From Kiritimatiella glycovorans (GTDB lineage: Bacteria; Verrucomicrobiota; Kiritimatiellia; Kiritimatiellales; Kiritimatiellaceae): a stretch of DNA of 32,000 nt. Below are positions 1-8,192 of the stretch, piece after piece. The stretch is taken from contig NZ_CP010904.1 in assembly GCF_001017655.1 (NCBI RefSeq), forward strand, positions 2,250,001 to 2,282,000, given 5' to 3'. Position 1 is the first letter of the stretch, and each line of letters starts with the position of its first letter. A program made the position numbers and the translations under genes. The notes under the pieces are model-generated. The model did not search any database, was not told the origin of the DNA, and saw only the letters and a program-made list of their open reading frames with translations.

Positions 1-675
1 GTTGCGGTGATCGCCGATAAACCGGGCCGCACGACCGGACAGCACTTCGGACATCAGCTCGCCGGAGTGGGCCGGGCCGTCTTCCGTCACGACGGAGGCG
101 TGCAGGTGGTCGAACGACCGTGCGACGACGGCCTCATCGAATCCCTTTCGCCGGATGTATTCGACGTCTTCCGCGGCGATGCGATGCATGTGGGGGACGT
201 GTCCGCGGCGGAAGAGGGCGTGGACCTTTCCGAAGAGCGCGGTTGCGTAACCCGCCCTCCGCAGCGGCTGCGGCAGCAGGATCGCGTCCTCCGGAACGGC
301 CTCGGGGTTCGCGCAGGCGAGCAGCTTACGCTCGCCGTACTCGAGAAACTGCTCGTGGCCGTCAAACCGCTCCGGCGGACCGACCGTGTACACGCCGTGG
401 CGCGGGACGTACCGGCCGGTCAGGAGACAGGCGCGGGTCGGGGCGCAGTTGGCCGCGTTCGCGTAGGCGTCGGTAAACCGCATTCCCTGCGCCGCGAGAC
501 GGTCGATGTTCGGCGTCCGATGATAGGTGTTGCCATAGCATCCCGTGTCCGCCCACCCCAGGTCATCCGCCAGAATCAGGACGATGTTCGGGGGACGTTT
601 CTCTGCCGCGTTCGTACGGAGAACACCGAGCGCGCCCGCCCCGAACGCCATGTGCAGGAAATCACTTCGCTTCAC
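1..675 (-). CDS. Arylsulfatase (formylglycine-dependent sulfatase family), N-terminal part; the gene runs off the left window edge
   Basis: Absent from the ORF track because it has no stop in the window. Reverse-strand frame starting at GTG (675-673) reads MKRSDFLHMAFGAGALGVLRTNAAEKRPPNIVLILADDLGWADTGCYGNTYHRTPNIDRLAAQGMRFTDAYANAANCAPTRACLLTGRY... It contains the sulfatase C-x-P-x-R signature (CAPTR) and the DDLGW metal-site motif. GGAGGG lies 5 nt upstream of the GTG, and the N-terminus looks like a signal peptide. Track ORF 7..702(+) is its antisense shadow. Confidence 0.85.
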   Translation of the reverse strand, partial: MKRSDFLHMAFGAGALGVLRTNAAEKRPPNIVLILADDLGWADTGCYGNTYHRTPNIDRLAAQGMRFTDAYANAANCAPTRACLLTGRYVPRHGVYTVGPPERFDGHEQFLEYGERKLLACANPEAVPEDAILLPQPLRRAGYATALFGKVHALFRRGHVPHMHRIAAEDVEYIRRKGFDEAVVARSFDHLHASVVTEDGPAHSGELMSEVLSGRAARFIGDHRN

Positions 676-792
676 CTCATCCCTCCGCAACTCACCCGCT
701 GATCGTATCGATTCGTTTCCGGGATTCAACGGGAAAGGCTATCGTTTGCACTTTCTCGAAAACCGGAAACTGTGAGATTATGTCTTTTAAAC

Positions 793-3687
793 ATGAGGAC
801 ACTTCAACCCAGATGGTTCTGGATCTTTGCGGTCTTCACGTGCGCAGCACTTCTTGCGCGCGGCGAAGGGGCACTGCTGCTCGAATACAACTTCAGCGAC
901 GATCCCACGCCGTCGAAGATGGACGCGGAGTATATCGATCCCGATCTCGCAGCCACAGACATCACCGAATACGGCGACCCGGACGCCAGCGGGACCTCGC
1001 CGGAGCTGGCCAATTTCGCGGGCTATTCGCTGAACATCAAGCGCAACGCGCTCGATACGCATCCTATGAATTCCAGCGATTACCTGACGTTCACGGTCCG
1101 CACGGCCGACACGAACCGGCTGATAGATCCCGATCACGCCGAGCTGCGGTTCAACCAGTTCAGTGACGACTTCTCGTTCGTGATCTACGTCGATGCCGGC
1201 GAAGGTTTCCGGGAGGCGGCCACTCTGGGCGGAGCGAGCAACAGCTCTCTGCGGGACACGATCCGGGATCTCGACCTGGATGCGGTACCGGCCTCCACCT
1301 CGCTGGTCTTCCGGATCGAGTGCGCCCATGCCGCACCCGGTTCCGCCCTCAACACCACCCTTCAGTTCGCTCACGTCAAGCTGTACGGCGAACTCAGGAA
1401 TGCGGGGCAGCGGGATTCCGCGCGGCGTTTCCCCCGACTGACGAGACTCGCCGATGCGTCGGACCGGCTCGCCCTCCGGTGGCCCGGCGTGCAGGGATCC
1501 GTGTACAGGGTCGAGTCCACGACCCACCTCGTCGGAGGCACCTGGGGCCCCGAAGCCACGAACCTTGTCGGCGCGGGGGGATTCTGCGCGGTCACAAACA
1601 CAGCGGAGGGCAATCGACGTTTCTACCGCGTCCGAAAGACGGCAGCCCATGCCCCGGCTTATGCGTACCACGACATCCGCGACTACGGGGCGGTTCTCAA
1701 CGACGGGCTCGACGACTCGGACGCGGTTCAGGCCGCGATCGATGCCGCCGCCGCCAGCCGCTGGAACGGGACGGTCTATTTTCCGCCCGGTGTCACGACG
1801 ATCACCCGGCCGCTGGAGATGCGGATCTTCGTCAGCCTGCTCGGCGCCGGCACGCCCGGCGAAGCGGGAGGCTCTGTCCTGCGTGCCGCGCCGTCGGCCG
1901 AACTCACCTCCATGCTTTGGGGCCGCGACCCGGCGGTGCGGTTCCTGAGCATTGAGCATCTCACCTTCGACGGCGCCGGGCTGGAGATCCCGTGGATCAT
2001 CGACTTCGAGGACGCCATCAATCTGCGTATCGCCAATGTACGCATCGAGAACGTCCGCGGCGGCGGGATCCGCCAGCTCCGCTCGGACGGCGATCCCTGC
2101 TGGGTGAATTTCTATGAGAACATCGAGATCGAAATCCGGGATCATTCCGGGACCGGTTTTATTCACGGCGACAGCGACAGCCACCTGGCGGATCTCAGGA
2201 TCAGCGGCGCGGACGTCGGCATCCTCGAGATCGACGGCGGAGCGAATCTCTATCGCAACTGCGTGGTCTCGAACTGCATGACCGGAATGGTCCTTGCCGA
2301 CGGCGCCGACTGGCGACACGCAAATTCAGTCTGTGACAGCATTTTCCGGGACAACGTCGACTACGGCCTTGCGGTAACCAACGCCGCTCCGGCACACATC
2401 GTAATCAACGGGAACGTCTTCCGGGACAACGGCGAACGCGATATCTTTCTGCAGGACGCTTCCTGCCTGGCGATCCGGGGCAACGAGTTCCAATCGGCCC
2501 TGCCCCGCGACGCGATTTTCATGGAGCCGGGCACGGTGGACTCGGTCGCCCTCACCGGCAACCGCTTCGCACGCTCCTCGCAATCGCTCGAAGGCGCGAA
2601 AAGCGTCCGGACTGAGAACGTCTTCGGTCTCACCGGAAGTGAATTCGAAGGCATTGAGCGACTTGAAATCGGTCCGCCGCCGATCGTGCCGGGAGACGTC
2701 CCGTGCGATATCAACGTGAAGGACGCACCCTACCTCGCCGCCGGGAACAAGAGCGATGACGACACCGCCGCGCTGCAGGCGGCGCTGGACACCGCGCCGG
2801 ACGGGTCGATCGTCTATATCCCGCCCGGGCGCTACATGATCACCGAACCGCTTGAAATCAGGTCCTCCATCACCCTGCTCGGAGAGTACGCTGCCACATA
2901 CATCGTGGCCGACGCCCCCATGGACTGCATAATCCGCGGCGCCCCGGAGTCCGGCTTTCTGGAGGATGTCCTGATCAGCTCGCTGACCCTTTCGGGCAAC
3001 AATACCAACGTGGCCGCGGCCGTCCGGCTGGATGGACTGCGGCGCAGCACGCTGGATCGCGTCGACGTACGTTACCTGCCCGGACACGGCATCGTGGTTC
3101 CGGAGGGCTGCGACGGGAATCTGATCCGTTCCTGCAATATCCACAGCGCCGACACGCAGCTCGTCGTTGAGGGCGCGGGCACCACGATCGCCTCGGTCTA
3201 CGCCGGCGGCGGGATGTACTACGACGAGCTGGAAGGTTCCTTCTGCGGGGTGCGGCTCACGGGTGATGCGCGATTCACGCGGATCTACACCTCGCACATC
3301 GACCACACCCGCAGGCCGGGCAATATCGCGGCGCTGCACTTCACTCATCCGACCGCCTTCGACCAGAGCGCCATCATCCGCAACAGCTACTTCGACCTTC
3401 ACGACCGGGGACTGTTTTTCGATTACGACGAGCCTGCGACGGCCAACATCCTTTTTAAAGGCAACATATTCCGCGCGGTGAACGACTACAACTACCTGAA
3501 CGGGAACGCAGACGGCGTGTACCTGTACGGCAGCGTGTTTCTCGATAATCACTCCGACGCGTACATCCGGCACGAGTCCGGCGAGCTGGATTATATCGAA
3601 GTCATCGGGAACGTCTTCCGCGAACCGCGGTCGTACAGCCTCCCCGGCTCGCATTCAATCGACGCGGCAAACACGACGCAGGAATAG
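793..3687 (+). CDS. Secreted protein with an N-terminal domain of unknown type and two tandem right-handed beta-helix (pectate-lyase-superfamily-like) modules
   Basis: Track ORF 772..3687. I prefer the ATG at 793 (MRTLQPRWFWIFAVFTCAALLARGEG, signal-peptide-like). Two copies of the motif typical of the pectate_lyase_3 N-cap: YHDIRDYGAVLNDGLDDSDAVQAAIDAAAASRWNGTVYFPPGVTTITRPLEM and INVKDAPYLAAGNKSDDDTAALQAALDTAPDGSIVYIPPGRYMITEPLEI. Each is followed by repetitive beta-helix-like sequence. The first roughly 290 aa end in a ...RRFYRVRK module. No PEP-CTERM tail. Confidence 0.75.
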   Translation: MRTLQPRWFWIFAVFTCAALLARGEGALLLEYNFSDDPTPSKMDAEYIDPDLAATDITEYGDPDASGTSPELANFAGYSLNIKRNALDTHPMNSSDYLTFTVRTADTNRLIDPDHAELRFNQFSDDFSFVIYVDAGEGFREAATLGGASNSSLRDTIRDLDLDAVPASTSLVFRIECAHAAPGSALNTTLQFAHVKLYGELRNAGQRDSARRFPRLTRLADASDRLALRWPGVQGSVYRVESTTHLVGGTWGPEATNLVGAGGFCAVTNTAEGNRRFYRVRKTAAHAPAYAYHDIRDYGAVLNDGLDDSDAVQAAIDAAAASRWNGTVYFPPGVTTITRPLEMRIFVSLLGAGTPGEAGGSVLRAAPSAELTSMLWGRDPAVRFLSIEHLTFDGAGLEIPWIIDFEDAINLRIANVRIENVRGGGIRQLRSDGDPCWVNFYENIEIEIRDHSGTGFIHGDSDSHLADLRISGADVGILEIDGGANLYRNCVVSNCMTGMVLADGADWRHANSVCDSIFRDNVDYGLAVTNAAPAHIVINGNVFRDNGERDIFLQDASCLAIRGNEFQSALPRDAIFMEPGTVDSVALTGNRFARSSQSLEGAKSVRTENVFGLTGSEFEGIERLEIGPPPIVPGDVPCDINVKDAPYLAAGNKSDDDTAALQAALDTAPDGSIVYIPPGRYMITEPLEIRSSITLLGEYAATYIVADAPMDCIIRGAPESGFLEDVLISSLTLSGNNTNVAAAVRLDGLRRSTLDRVDVRYLPGHGIVVPEGCDGNLIRSCNIHSADTQLVVEGAGTTIASVYAGGGMYYDELEGSFCGVRLTGDARFTRIYTSHIDHTRRPGNIAALHFTHPTAFDQSAIIRNSYFDLHDRGLFFDYDEPATANILFKGNIFRAVNDYNYLNGNADGVYLYGSVFLDNHSDAYIRHESGELDYIEVIGNVFREPRSYSLPGSHSIDAANTTQE

Positions 3688-3752
3688 CTTTCCCGCCCCT
3701 GCCTTCACGTTTTTACCCGCCCCGGGCGTCCCCGGTACGGCGCGATCTCTCC

Positions 3753-3793
3753 GCCTTCGGCGCTCCGAGTACGCGTACGCGTACGAGTACGAA
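3753..3793. repeat. Intergenic repeat, copy 1 (GCCTTCGGCGCTCCGAGTACG followed by GTACGN hexamer periodicity)
   Basis: The exact 21-mer GCCTTCGGCGCTCCGAGTACG recurs at 16147-16167. The following GTACGCGTACGAGTACGAA tract parallels 16168-16196. It contains the GCGCC-TTC-GGCGC hairpin and the palindrome GTACGCGTAC. Confidence 0.6.
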
Positions 3794-3833
3794 AACGGCG
3801 GACGGTCTTCTGCTGTCCAGCAGAACCGCCGAC

Positions 3834-3867
3834 AAAAAAACCCCGCGGAGCCTCAGCTTCCGCGGGG
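3834..3867 (-). terminator. Rho-independent terminator of the 320-aa PEP-CTERM gene
   Basis: On the minus strand: CCCCGCGGA-(9 nt loop)-TCCGCGGGG followed by T7 (A-run 3834-3840 on plus). Located 25 nt downstream of the stop at 3892. Confidence 0.7.
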
Positions 3868-3891
3868 TTGAATCCGATTCGCTACTGCCGG

Positions 3892-4854
3892 TCAACTCGC
3901 TCTGCGGCGCAGAATCGCGAGTCCGGCGCAGGACATGATCAGCAGGCCGATCGTGGCCGGTTCAGGGATGACGGTCGTTTCGTCGCTGATGCTGTCGTAA
4001 CTGTACGTCAAACCGCTTCCGGCATTGTCGACGAACAGACCGTCGTCGATCCATCCCTGCACGGCGTTGGTGGCATCGCCGCCGAACACGATCTTCGATC
4101 CCAGTTCATCGAAGAAAATGCCTTCCGTCGCGGTAGGTCCGGAATAGAAGTTCAGGGCATTGCTCGAAGTAAAATACAGCTCCCCGCCGAGCAGATTGAC
4201 CTTGGCCTCTCCGCTGACGACGCCGAAATCCCACTGGCCCAGCGATCCCGTGCCCGCCAGACTGTTGGAATAAACATTCACATGTACCGTCGCGTCAATT
4301 GCTTCAGGGGTCCCGAGATTGTCGGTGCCCATGAAAAACTTTCCGCGATACTCCCCTCCGTTCATCACATTGAGGGTGAATCCGTTGTTGGTATTGGCCG
4401 CCGATGCGGCATAGAACGGATAATTCCCCAGGCCGCCTCCCTGCCAAGACGATCCGGATCCCGTGATCGTCAGCGTAGCCGAAGAATTTTTCAGCCCGTT
4501 GAGCGTCACCGCCCGTGTCTGCCCTAAGGCGGCATTAACCACCGCGCCGTTGGTCACGATGATCGTGGTATCGCGCCAGTCCTGAACGCCGGCGGGCGCG
4601 AAATTCGACGAGATCAGCATGTCCGAGTTGCGGATATTGATCCCGCCCGGAGCCGCGTTGGTAGGGTCGGCGGCGATTACATACGCCCCGCCCTCAATCA
4701 CCGCGTTGCTCTGCAGCGGCAACGTGTCGTTCTCCCAGTTCAGCGGGTTGTTCCAGCGATTATCACCGGCGTCGTTGTCCCAGTGATTCTCCGCAGCCTG
4801 AACCGTCAGCGCAGCCGCCGCCAGAACAAGCATCATAATACTCAGTCTCTTCAT
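3892..4854 (-). CDS. PEP-CTERM-anchored secreted protein (320 aa)
   Basis: Signal peptide MKRLSIMMLVLAAAALTVQAAE; N-terminal W-rich module HWDNDAGDNRWNNPLNWEND. The C-terminus VIPEPATIGLLIMSCAGLAILRRRAS is the PEP motif plus a TM helix plus an Arg cluster, i.e. a PEP-CTERM sorting signal. Strong RBS GGAGGAGG upstream of the ATG. Confidence 0.88.
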   Translation of the reverse strand: MKRLSIMMLVLAAAALTVQAAENHWDNDAGDNRWNNPLNWENDTLPLQSNAVIEGGAYVIAADPTNAAPGGINIRNSDMLISSNFAPAGVQDWRDTTIIVTNGAVVNAALGQTRAVTLNGLKNSSATLTITGSGSSWQGGGLGNYPFYAASAANTNNGFTLNVMNGGEYRGKFFMGTDNLGTPEAIDATVHVNVYSNSLAGTGSLGQWDFGVVSGEAKVNLLGGELYFTSSNALNFYSGPTATEGIFFDELGSKIVFGGDATNAVQGWIDDGLFVDNAGSGLTYSYDSISDETTVIPEPATIGLLIMSCAGLAILRRRAS

Positions 4855-4997
4855 GCCTCCTCCTCTGTTTAATGCACTCGATTGCCTTGTAAGACTACAC
4901 CCACGCGGCCGTCAAGTTTTTTTGTTCAGGAATATCAAGGAACACGATGGCGGCAGCGCCGCGATCCCGTTCGCCGCAGATCCGCGCAGCGGAAAAA

Positions 4998-5049
4998 GTT
5001 CGTAGTAGGCCCGCAGGTCCGCGCAGCGGAGCGAGGGCCGTTATCTTAA
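4998..5049 (+). repeat. REP-like element, left arm of a palindromic pair split by IS copy 1
   Basis: GTTCGTAGTAGGCCCGCAGG (4998-5017) is the perfect reverse complement of 7058-7077. It contains the TCCGC-GCA-GCGGA mini-hairpin. Confidence 0.7.
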
Positions 5050-7029
5050 CCCGTCTTTCCCCGTTCGGCGGCCCAAACGTCTTTTTTCGGGGGTGTGACC
5101 TCCGTTTCGTCCTTTGTTTTCAAGGGGTCACGTTCCAAAAGGGGCTGTGGGGCAGACCTTGCCGGTTGACGACTTGATTTTCTGTGAAAAAATCGGGTTG
5201 TGTATTTGAAGTGCCACAGGCGACGCAAAGACGGCAAAGAGCACCGCTACTGGAGCATCGTTGAAAGTGTGCGGACCCGGCGCGGCGTCATGAAGCGTCC
5301 GCTGCTCTATCTGGGCGAACTCAACGACAGCCAGAAGGCTCAATGGTGCTCGGCACTCGACGTGCTGGATGAATCGACCGATTCGGTTCGACAGATAAGC
5401 CTGTTCCCGGAAGACCGCACGCCGCCGCCGGAGGTGTCCCATCCCGTTCGGATCCGGCTTTCCCGGCTGAGCTTGCATCATCCGCGTCAGTGGGGCGGAT
5501 GCTGGCTGGCCATGGAGTTGTGGAACGAGCTGGATCTGGACCGTTTCTGGAGCCCCCGTCTTCCCGCGAGCCGCAAGGGCACCGGCTGGCTCCACGTGCT
5601 CAAAACGCTGGTGACCTATCGTCTGCTCGATCCGGGCAGCGAGTGGCGGCTGCACCGCGACTGGTTTAAGGCCAGTGCCATGGCGGACCTGCTCGGCGAA
5701 GATGAGTCCATCGCGGCCAAAAACACGCTCTACCGCTGTCTCGATAAACTCGGTGAACACAAAGCCGATCTGTTTTCGTTTCTAAAGACACAGTGGCGCC
5801 TGTTGTTCGACGCTTCCTACGAGGTGCTGCTTTATGACCTGACCAGCACCTATTTTGAATGCGACGTGCCCGAACGCGAAGGGCTGCGCAAGTTCGGCTA
5901 CAGTCGGGACAAGCGATCCGACTGCGTGCAGGTGGTCATTGCGCTGATCGTCACGCCCGAGGGCTTTCCGGTCGCCTACGAGGTGATGCCCGGGAACACC
6001 TCGGATAAAACGACCCTGCCGGACTTCCTGCGCAGGATCGAGGCGCAGTACGGGAAGATGAACCGGCTCTGGATCATGGACCGGGGCATCCCGACCGAGG
6101 ACGCGCTCGAACAGATGCGAGCAGAAGGCGCGAGCTATCTGGTGGGCACGCCGCGCGGGCGGCTCAGCAAGCTCGAGGACCAGCTCTTCGGTCAACCGTG
6201 GAGGCAGGTGCAGGAGCAGATCGAGGTCAAGCTGGCCCGCGACGGGGAGGATCTTTACGTCCTCACCCGCAGCGGAAGTCGCTGCGATAAAGAGCGCTCC
6301 ATGCGACAGCGCAAACTCAAGAAGCTCTGGAAGCGCCTGCATCAACTGGGGGGCATGAAAAACCTCAAGCGCGACGAACTTTTGCTGAAACTGGGTGCCG
6401 CCAAACAGGAAGCGGGCAAAGCCTGGGGTCTGGTGGACCTCCGCCTTCCCCAACCCCGCGAGGCCGTTACGCCGGAGAGCTTTCACTTCCGGCTGAACCG
6501 CAAAAAACTGCGTAAAGCCCGTCGAGGTGAAGGCACCTACCTGTTGCGCACCAATCTGGCGGCCGAACAGCCCGAAGAGCTGTGGAAGCAATACATGGTC
6601 CTGAACGAGGTCGAGCAGGCCTTCAAGGAGCTGAAGAATGATCTGGATATCCGCCCGGTGTATCACCAGAAGGATGAGCGGATCGAAGCGCACATCTTCG
6701 TGTCATTTTTGAGCTACGCTCTGCAAGTCACGCTGAAACAGCGGGCCAAAGCCAGGGCCCCGGGCTTGACCCCCCGCGCCATCCTGGAAAAGTTCAAAGC
6801 CGTGCAGATGATCGATGTGCACCTGCCCACGACCGACGGGCGCACCCTGATCCTGCCGCGCTACACGCAACCGGAGAAAGACCTTCAGCTTCTGCTGCAC
6901 CAGCTCAACCTGACGCTTCCGGAACAACCACCCCCTCGGCTTGAAGAGCTGAAGAAAAAATGTGGGGCAGACCTTTGAACTGAAATCGAAGAAAAAAGGC
7001 GTTTTCGCCGCCGAACAGGGAAAGACGGG
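5050..7029 (+). mobile_element. IS1634-like (IS4 superfamily) insertion sequence, copy 1, 1980 bp
   Basis: Identical, in every stretch compared and in the 592-aa ORF translation, to 13702..15681. Terminal inverted repeats: CCCGTCTTTCCCCGTTCGGCGGCC (5050-5073) versus the reverse complement of 7006-7029, CCCGTCTTTCCCTGTTCGGCGGCG (22/24). Flanked by the direct repeat TTAA (5046-5049 and 7030-7033). Confidence 0.9.
5200..6978 (+). CDS. DDE transposase, IS1634-like / IS4 superfamily (592 aa)
   Basis: The N-terminus ...KDGKEHRYWSIVESVRTRRG...LLYLGEL and the core LLYDLTSTYFECD...GYSRDKRSDCVQVVIALIVTPEGFPVAYEVMPGNTSDKTT...WIMDRGI...EVEQAFKELKNDLDIRPVYHQKDERIEAHIFVSFLSY match the pattern I associate with IS1634-family DDE transposases. 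GTG start as given in the track. Confidence 0.88.
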   Translation: MYLKCHRRRKDGKEHRYWSIVESVRTRRGVMKRPLLYLGELNDSQKAQWCSALDVLDESTDSVRQISLFPEDRTPPPEVSHPVRIRLSRLSLHHPRQWGGCWLAMELWNELDLDRFWSPRLPASRKGTGWLHVLKTLVTYRLLDPGSEWRLHRDWFKASAMADLLGEDESIAAKNTLYRCLDKLGEHKADLFSFLKTQWRLLFDASYEVLLYDLTSTYFECDVPEREGLRKFGYSRDKRSDCVQVVIALIVTPEGFPVAYEVMPGNTSDKTTLPDFLRRIEAQYGKMNRLWIMDRGIPTEDALEQMRAEGASYLVGTPRGRLSKLEDQLFGQPWRQVQEQIEVKLARDGEDLYVLTRSGSRCDKERSMRQRKLKKLWKRLHQLGGMKNLKRDELLLKLGAAKQEAGKAWGLVDLRLPQPREAVTPESFHFRLNRKKLRKARRGEGTYLLRTNLAAEQPEELWKQYMVLNEVEQAFKELKNDLDIRPVYHQKDERIEAHIFVSFLSYALQVTLKQRAKARAPGLTPRAILEKFKAVQMIDVHLPTTDGRTLILPRYTQPEKDLQLLLHQLNLTLPEQPPPRLEELKKKCGADL

Positions 7030-7077
7030 TTAAACGCGCCTGGCCCTGCTTCGCAGGCCTGCGGGCCTACTACGAAC
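7030..7077 (-). repeat. REP-like element, right arm of the palindromic pair split by IS copy 1
   Basis: The reverse complement reads GTTCGTAGTAGGCCCGCAGGCCTGCGAAGCAGGGCCAGGCGCGTTTAA. It contains the GCCTGC-GAA-GCAGGC hairpin. Confidence 0.7.
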
Positions 7078-7084
7078 GATATCA

Positions 7085-7124
7085 CGCGCCTTGGCCCTTC
7101 GGGCCTTACGGCGCTACTACGAAC
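7085..7124 (-). repeat. REP-like element (second unit, tandem to 7030-7077)
   Basis: The reverse complement reads GTTCGTAGTAGCGCCGTAAGGCCCGAAGGGCCAAGGCGCG: the same core plus a GGCCC-GAA-GGGCC hairpin and a terminal GGCGCG. Confidence 0.65.
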
Positions 7125-7141
7125 TCTTCCTCACGCTATAC

Positions 7142-7174
7142 AAAAAAAGCGGCAGACCGTCGCCGGTCTGCCGC
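7142..7174 (-). terminator. Rho-independent terminator of PEP-CTERM gene A
   Basis: Minus strand GCGGCAGACCG-GCGA-CGGTCTGCCGC followed by T7. Located 30 nt downstream of the stop at 7204. Confidence 0.8.
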
Positions 7175-7203
7175 TTCCGTGCGATCCATCTTCGCGCGAA
7201 CCC

Positions 7204-8127
7204 TTACCGCAGACGCCGCCGCACGATCATCAGACCGCCCATCGCCGCGCCGAGCAGGCCGATGGTCGCCGGTTCGGGAATGACGGTCGTGAGGTCGCTG
7301 TCCGCATCGTAGCTGACCTGCAGATCGCCGACGGTCGACGAGAGCGCGCCGTCGCTGATCCAGCCGTTGACCTCGGTCACCCGGTTGCTATCAAGCGTGA
7401 TCTTCGAATCCGGCGCCGTGAAGATGATCCCGTCGTCGCCGTTGATGGTCAGGTTGGAATAATCGTACCCATCCAGCCCCGCCAGCCGGTTATTGAAATT
7501 CAGCGTACCGCCGTTGAGGTAGATCGCCGTTTCGTTATCGGTACCCGACTTCATGATTATGTCGAAATAAACATCGAATAATCCGCCGGTGTTCACGGAA
7601 ACCACATGGCTGTAGGTGCTGTAATCCGATCCCATTCCGCTCCCTTTGAACAAAAAGTCACCGTTTACATCGATATTCACAAACACCTGTTTTCCCCAGA
7701 AACTGTTGCCCGGGTTGATCCAGTCCCCGTTCACGGTGATATCCACGGTCTTACCCGCGGCACCGGCGGGTTCGAGCCGGTTTCCGCCTGCGTCGAACGT
7801 ACCGTCGACGATAAGCGAACCTTCATAGAATTTGGTTACGTTATTCTCGTTTATTGTGAACGTCGACCCGGACGTTATCCGCAGCGAGCTATCGTCCGTG
7901 AGTTTGAATCCGCCGACACTGAAATTGCCGTCGGCGGTGGTAATGCTGGTCTCGTTCGTCAACCGGTAGTTGTCATCGGTCGCAAACGAGGTGCCCGCCG
8001 GCGTCCAGTTTCCCGCGTCGCCGAAATTCGTTGACGTTCCGCCCTGCCACAGATAATCCGTCGCCTGCGCGGTCATCGCCAGACCCGCCACGCCGATCAG
8101 CACGGCCATCACTCTCATCGCCTTCAT
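7204..8127 (-). CDS. PEP-CTERM-anchored secreted protein, paralogue A (307 aa)
   Basis: Signal peptide MKAMRVMAVLIGVAGLAMTAQA; N-terminal module YLWQGGTSTNFGDAGNWTPAG; C-terminus VIPEPATIGLLGAAMGGLMIVRRRLR (PEP-CTERM). RBS GGAAGGAGGA. Confidence 0.9.
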   Translation of the reverse strand: MKAMRVMAVLIGVAGLAMTAQATDYLWQGGTSTNFGDAGNWTPAGTSFATDDNYRLTNETSITTADGNFSVGGFKLTDDSSLRITSGSTFTINENNVTKFYEGSLIVDGTFDAGGNRLEPAGAAGKTVDITVNGDWINPGNSFWGKQVFVNIDVNGDFLFKGSGMGSDYSTYSHVVSVNTGGLFDVYFDIIMKSGTDNETAIYLNGGTLNFNNRLAGLDGYDYSNLTINGDDGIIFTAPDSKITLDSNRVTEVNGWISDGALSSTVGDLQVSYDADSDLTTVIPEPATIGLLGAAMGGLMIVRRRLR

Positions 8128-8192
8128 CGTTCCTCCTTCCGTTTAATTCGCACCCTCGACTTTATGCAAACTGCCATCGTTTGCACTCGATA

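Larger units (their letters stand above)
7134..8130 (-). repeat. Segmental duplication, copy A (terminator plus PEP-CTERM gene), paralogous to 12689..13685
   Basis: Constant offset of 5555 nt. 7134-7765 is identical. 13 substitutions lie in 7766-8058. 8059-8130 is identical again. Confidence 0.9.

Noticed and set aside
4947-5177. ORF 4947..5177 as a gene disrupted by IS copy 1
   Set aside because: Apart from the conserved RBS-ATG box, it consists of REP-like sequence and then the IS terminal repeat. There is no evidence of a real coding sequence.
5128-6693. Antisense ORFs inside the IS (5128..5760, 5782..6693 and their twins in copy 2) as possible second IS genes
   Set aside because: They lie opposite the transposase frame and show no motif or RBS. 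IS1634-like elements are single-ORF elements.
7766-8058. Possible diversity-generating retroelement (template/variable repeat) relationship between the two PEP-CTERM paralogues
   Set aside because: The 13 substitutions are not adenine-specific (sense-strand changes include C to T, G to C, T to C, G to A and A to G). Most are synonymous. No reverse transcriptase gene is present in the window.
8165-8185. Sigma-54 promoter (TGGCA...TTGCA) within GATGGCAGTTTGCA upstream of PEP-CTERM A, and AAAGGCTATCGTTTGCAC at 734-751
   Set aside because: The GG-to-GC spacing is 6 nt and 9 nt respectively, instead of the required 10 nt. I kept it only as a palindrome or shared box of unknown function.
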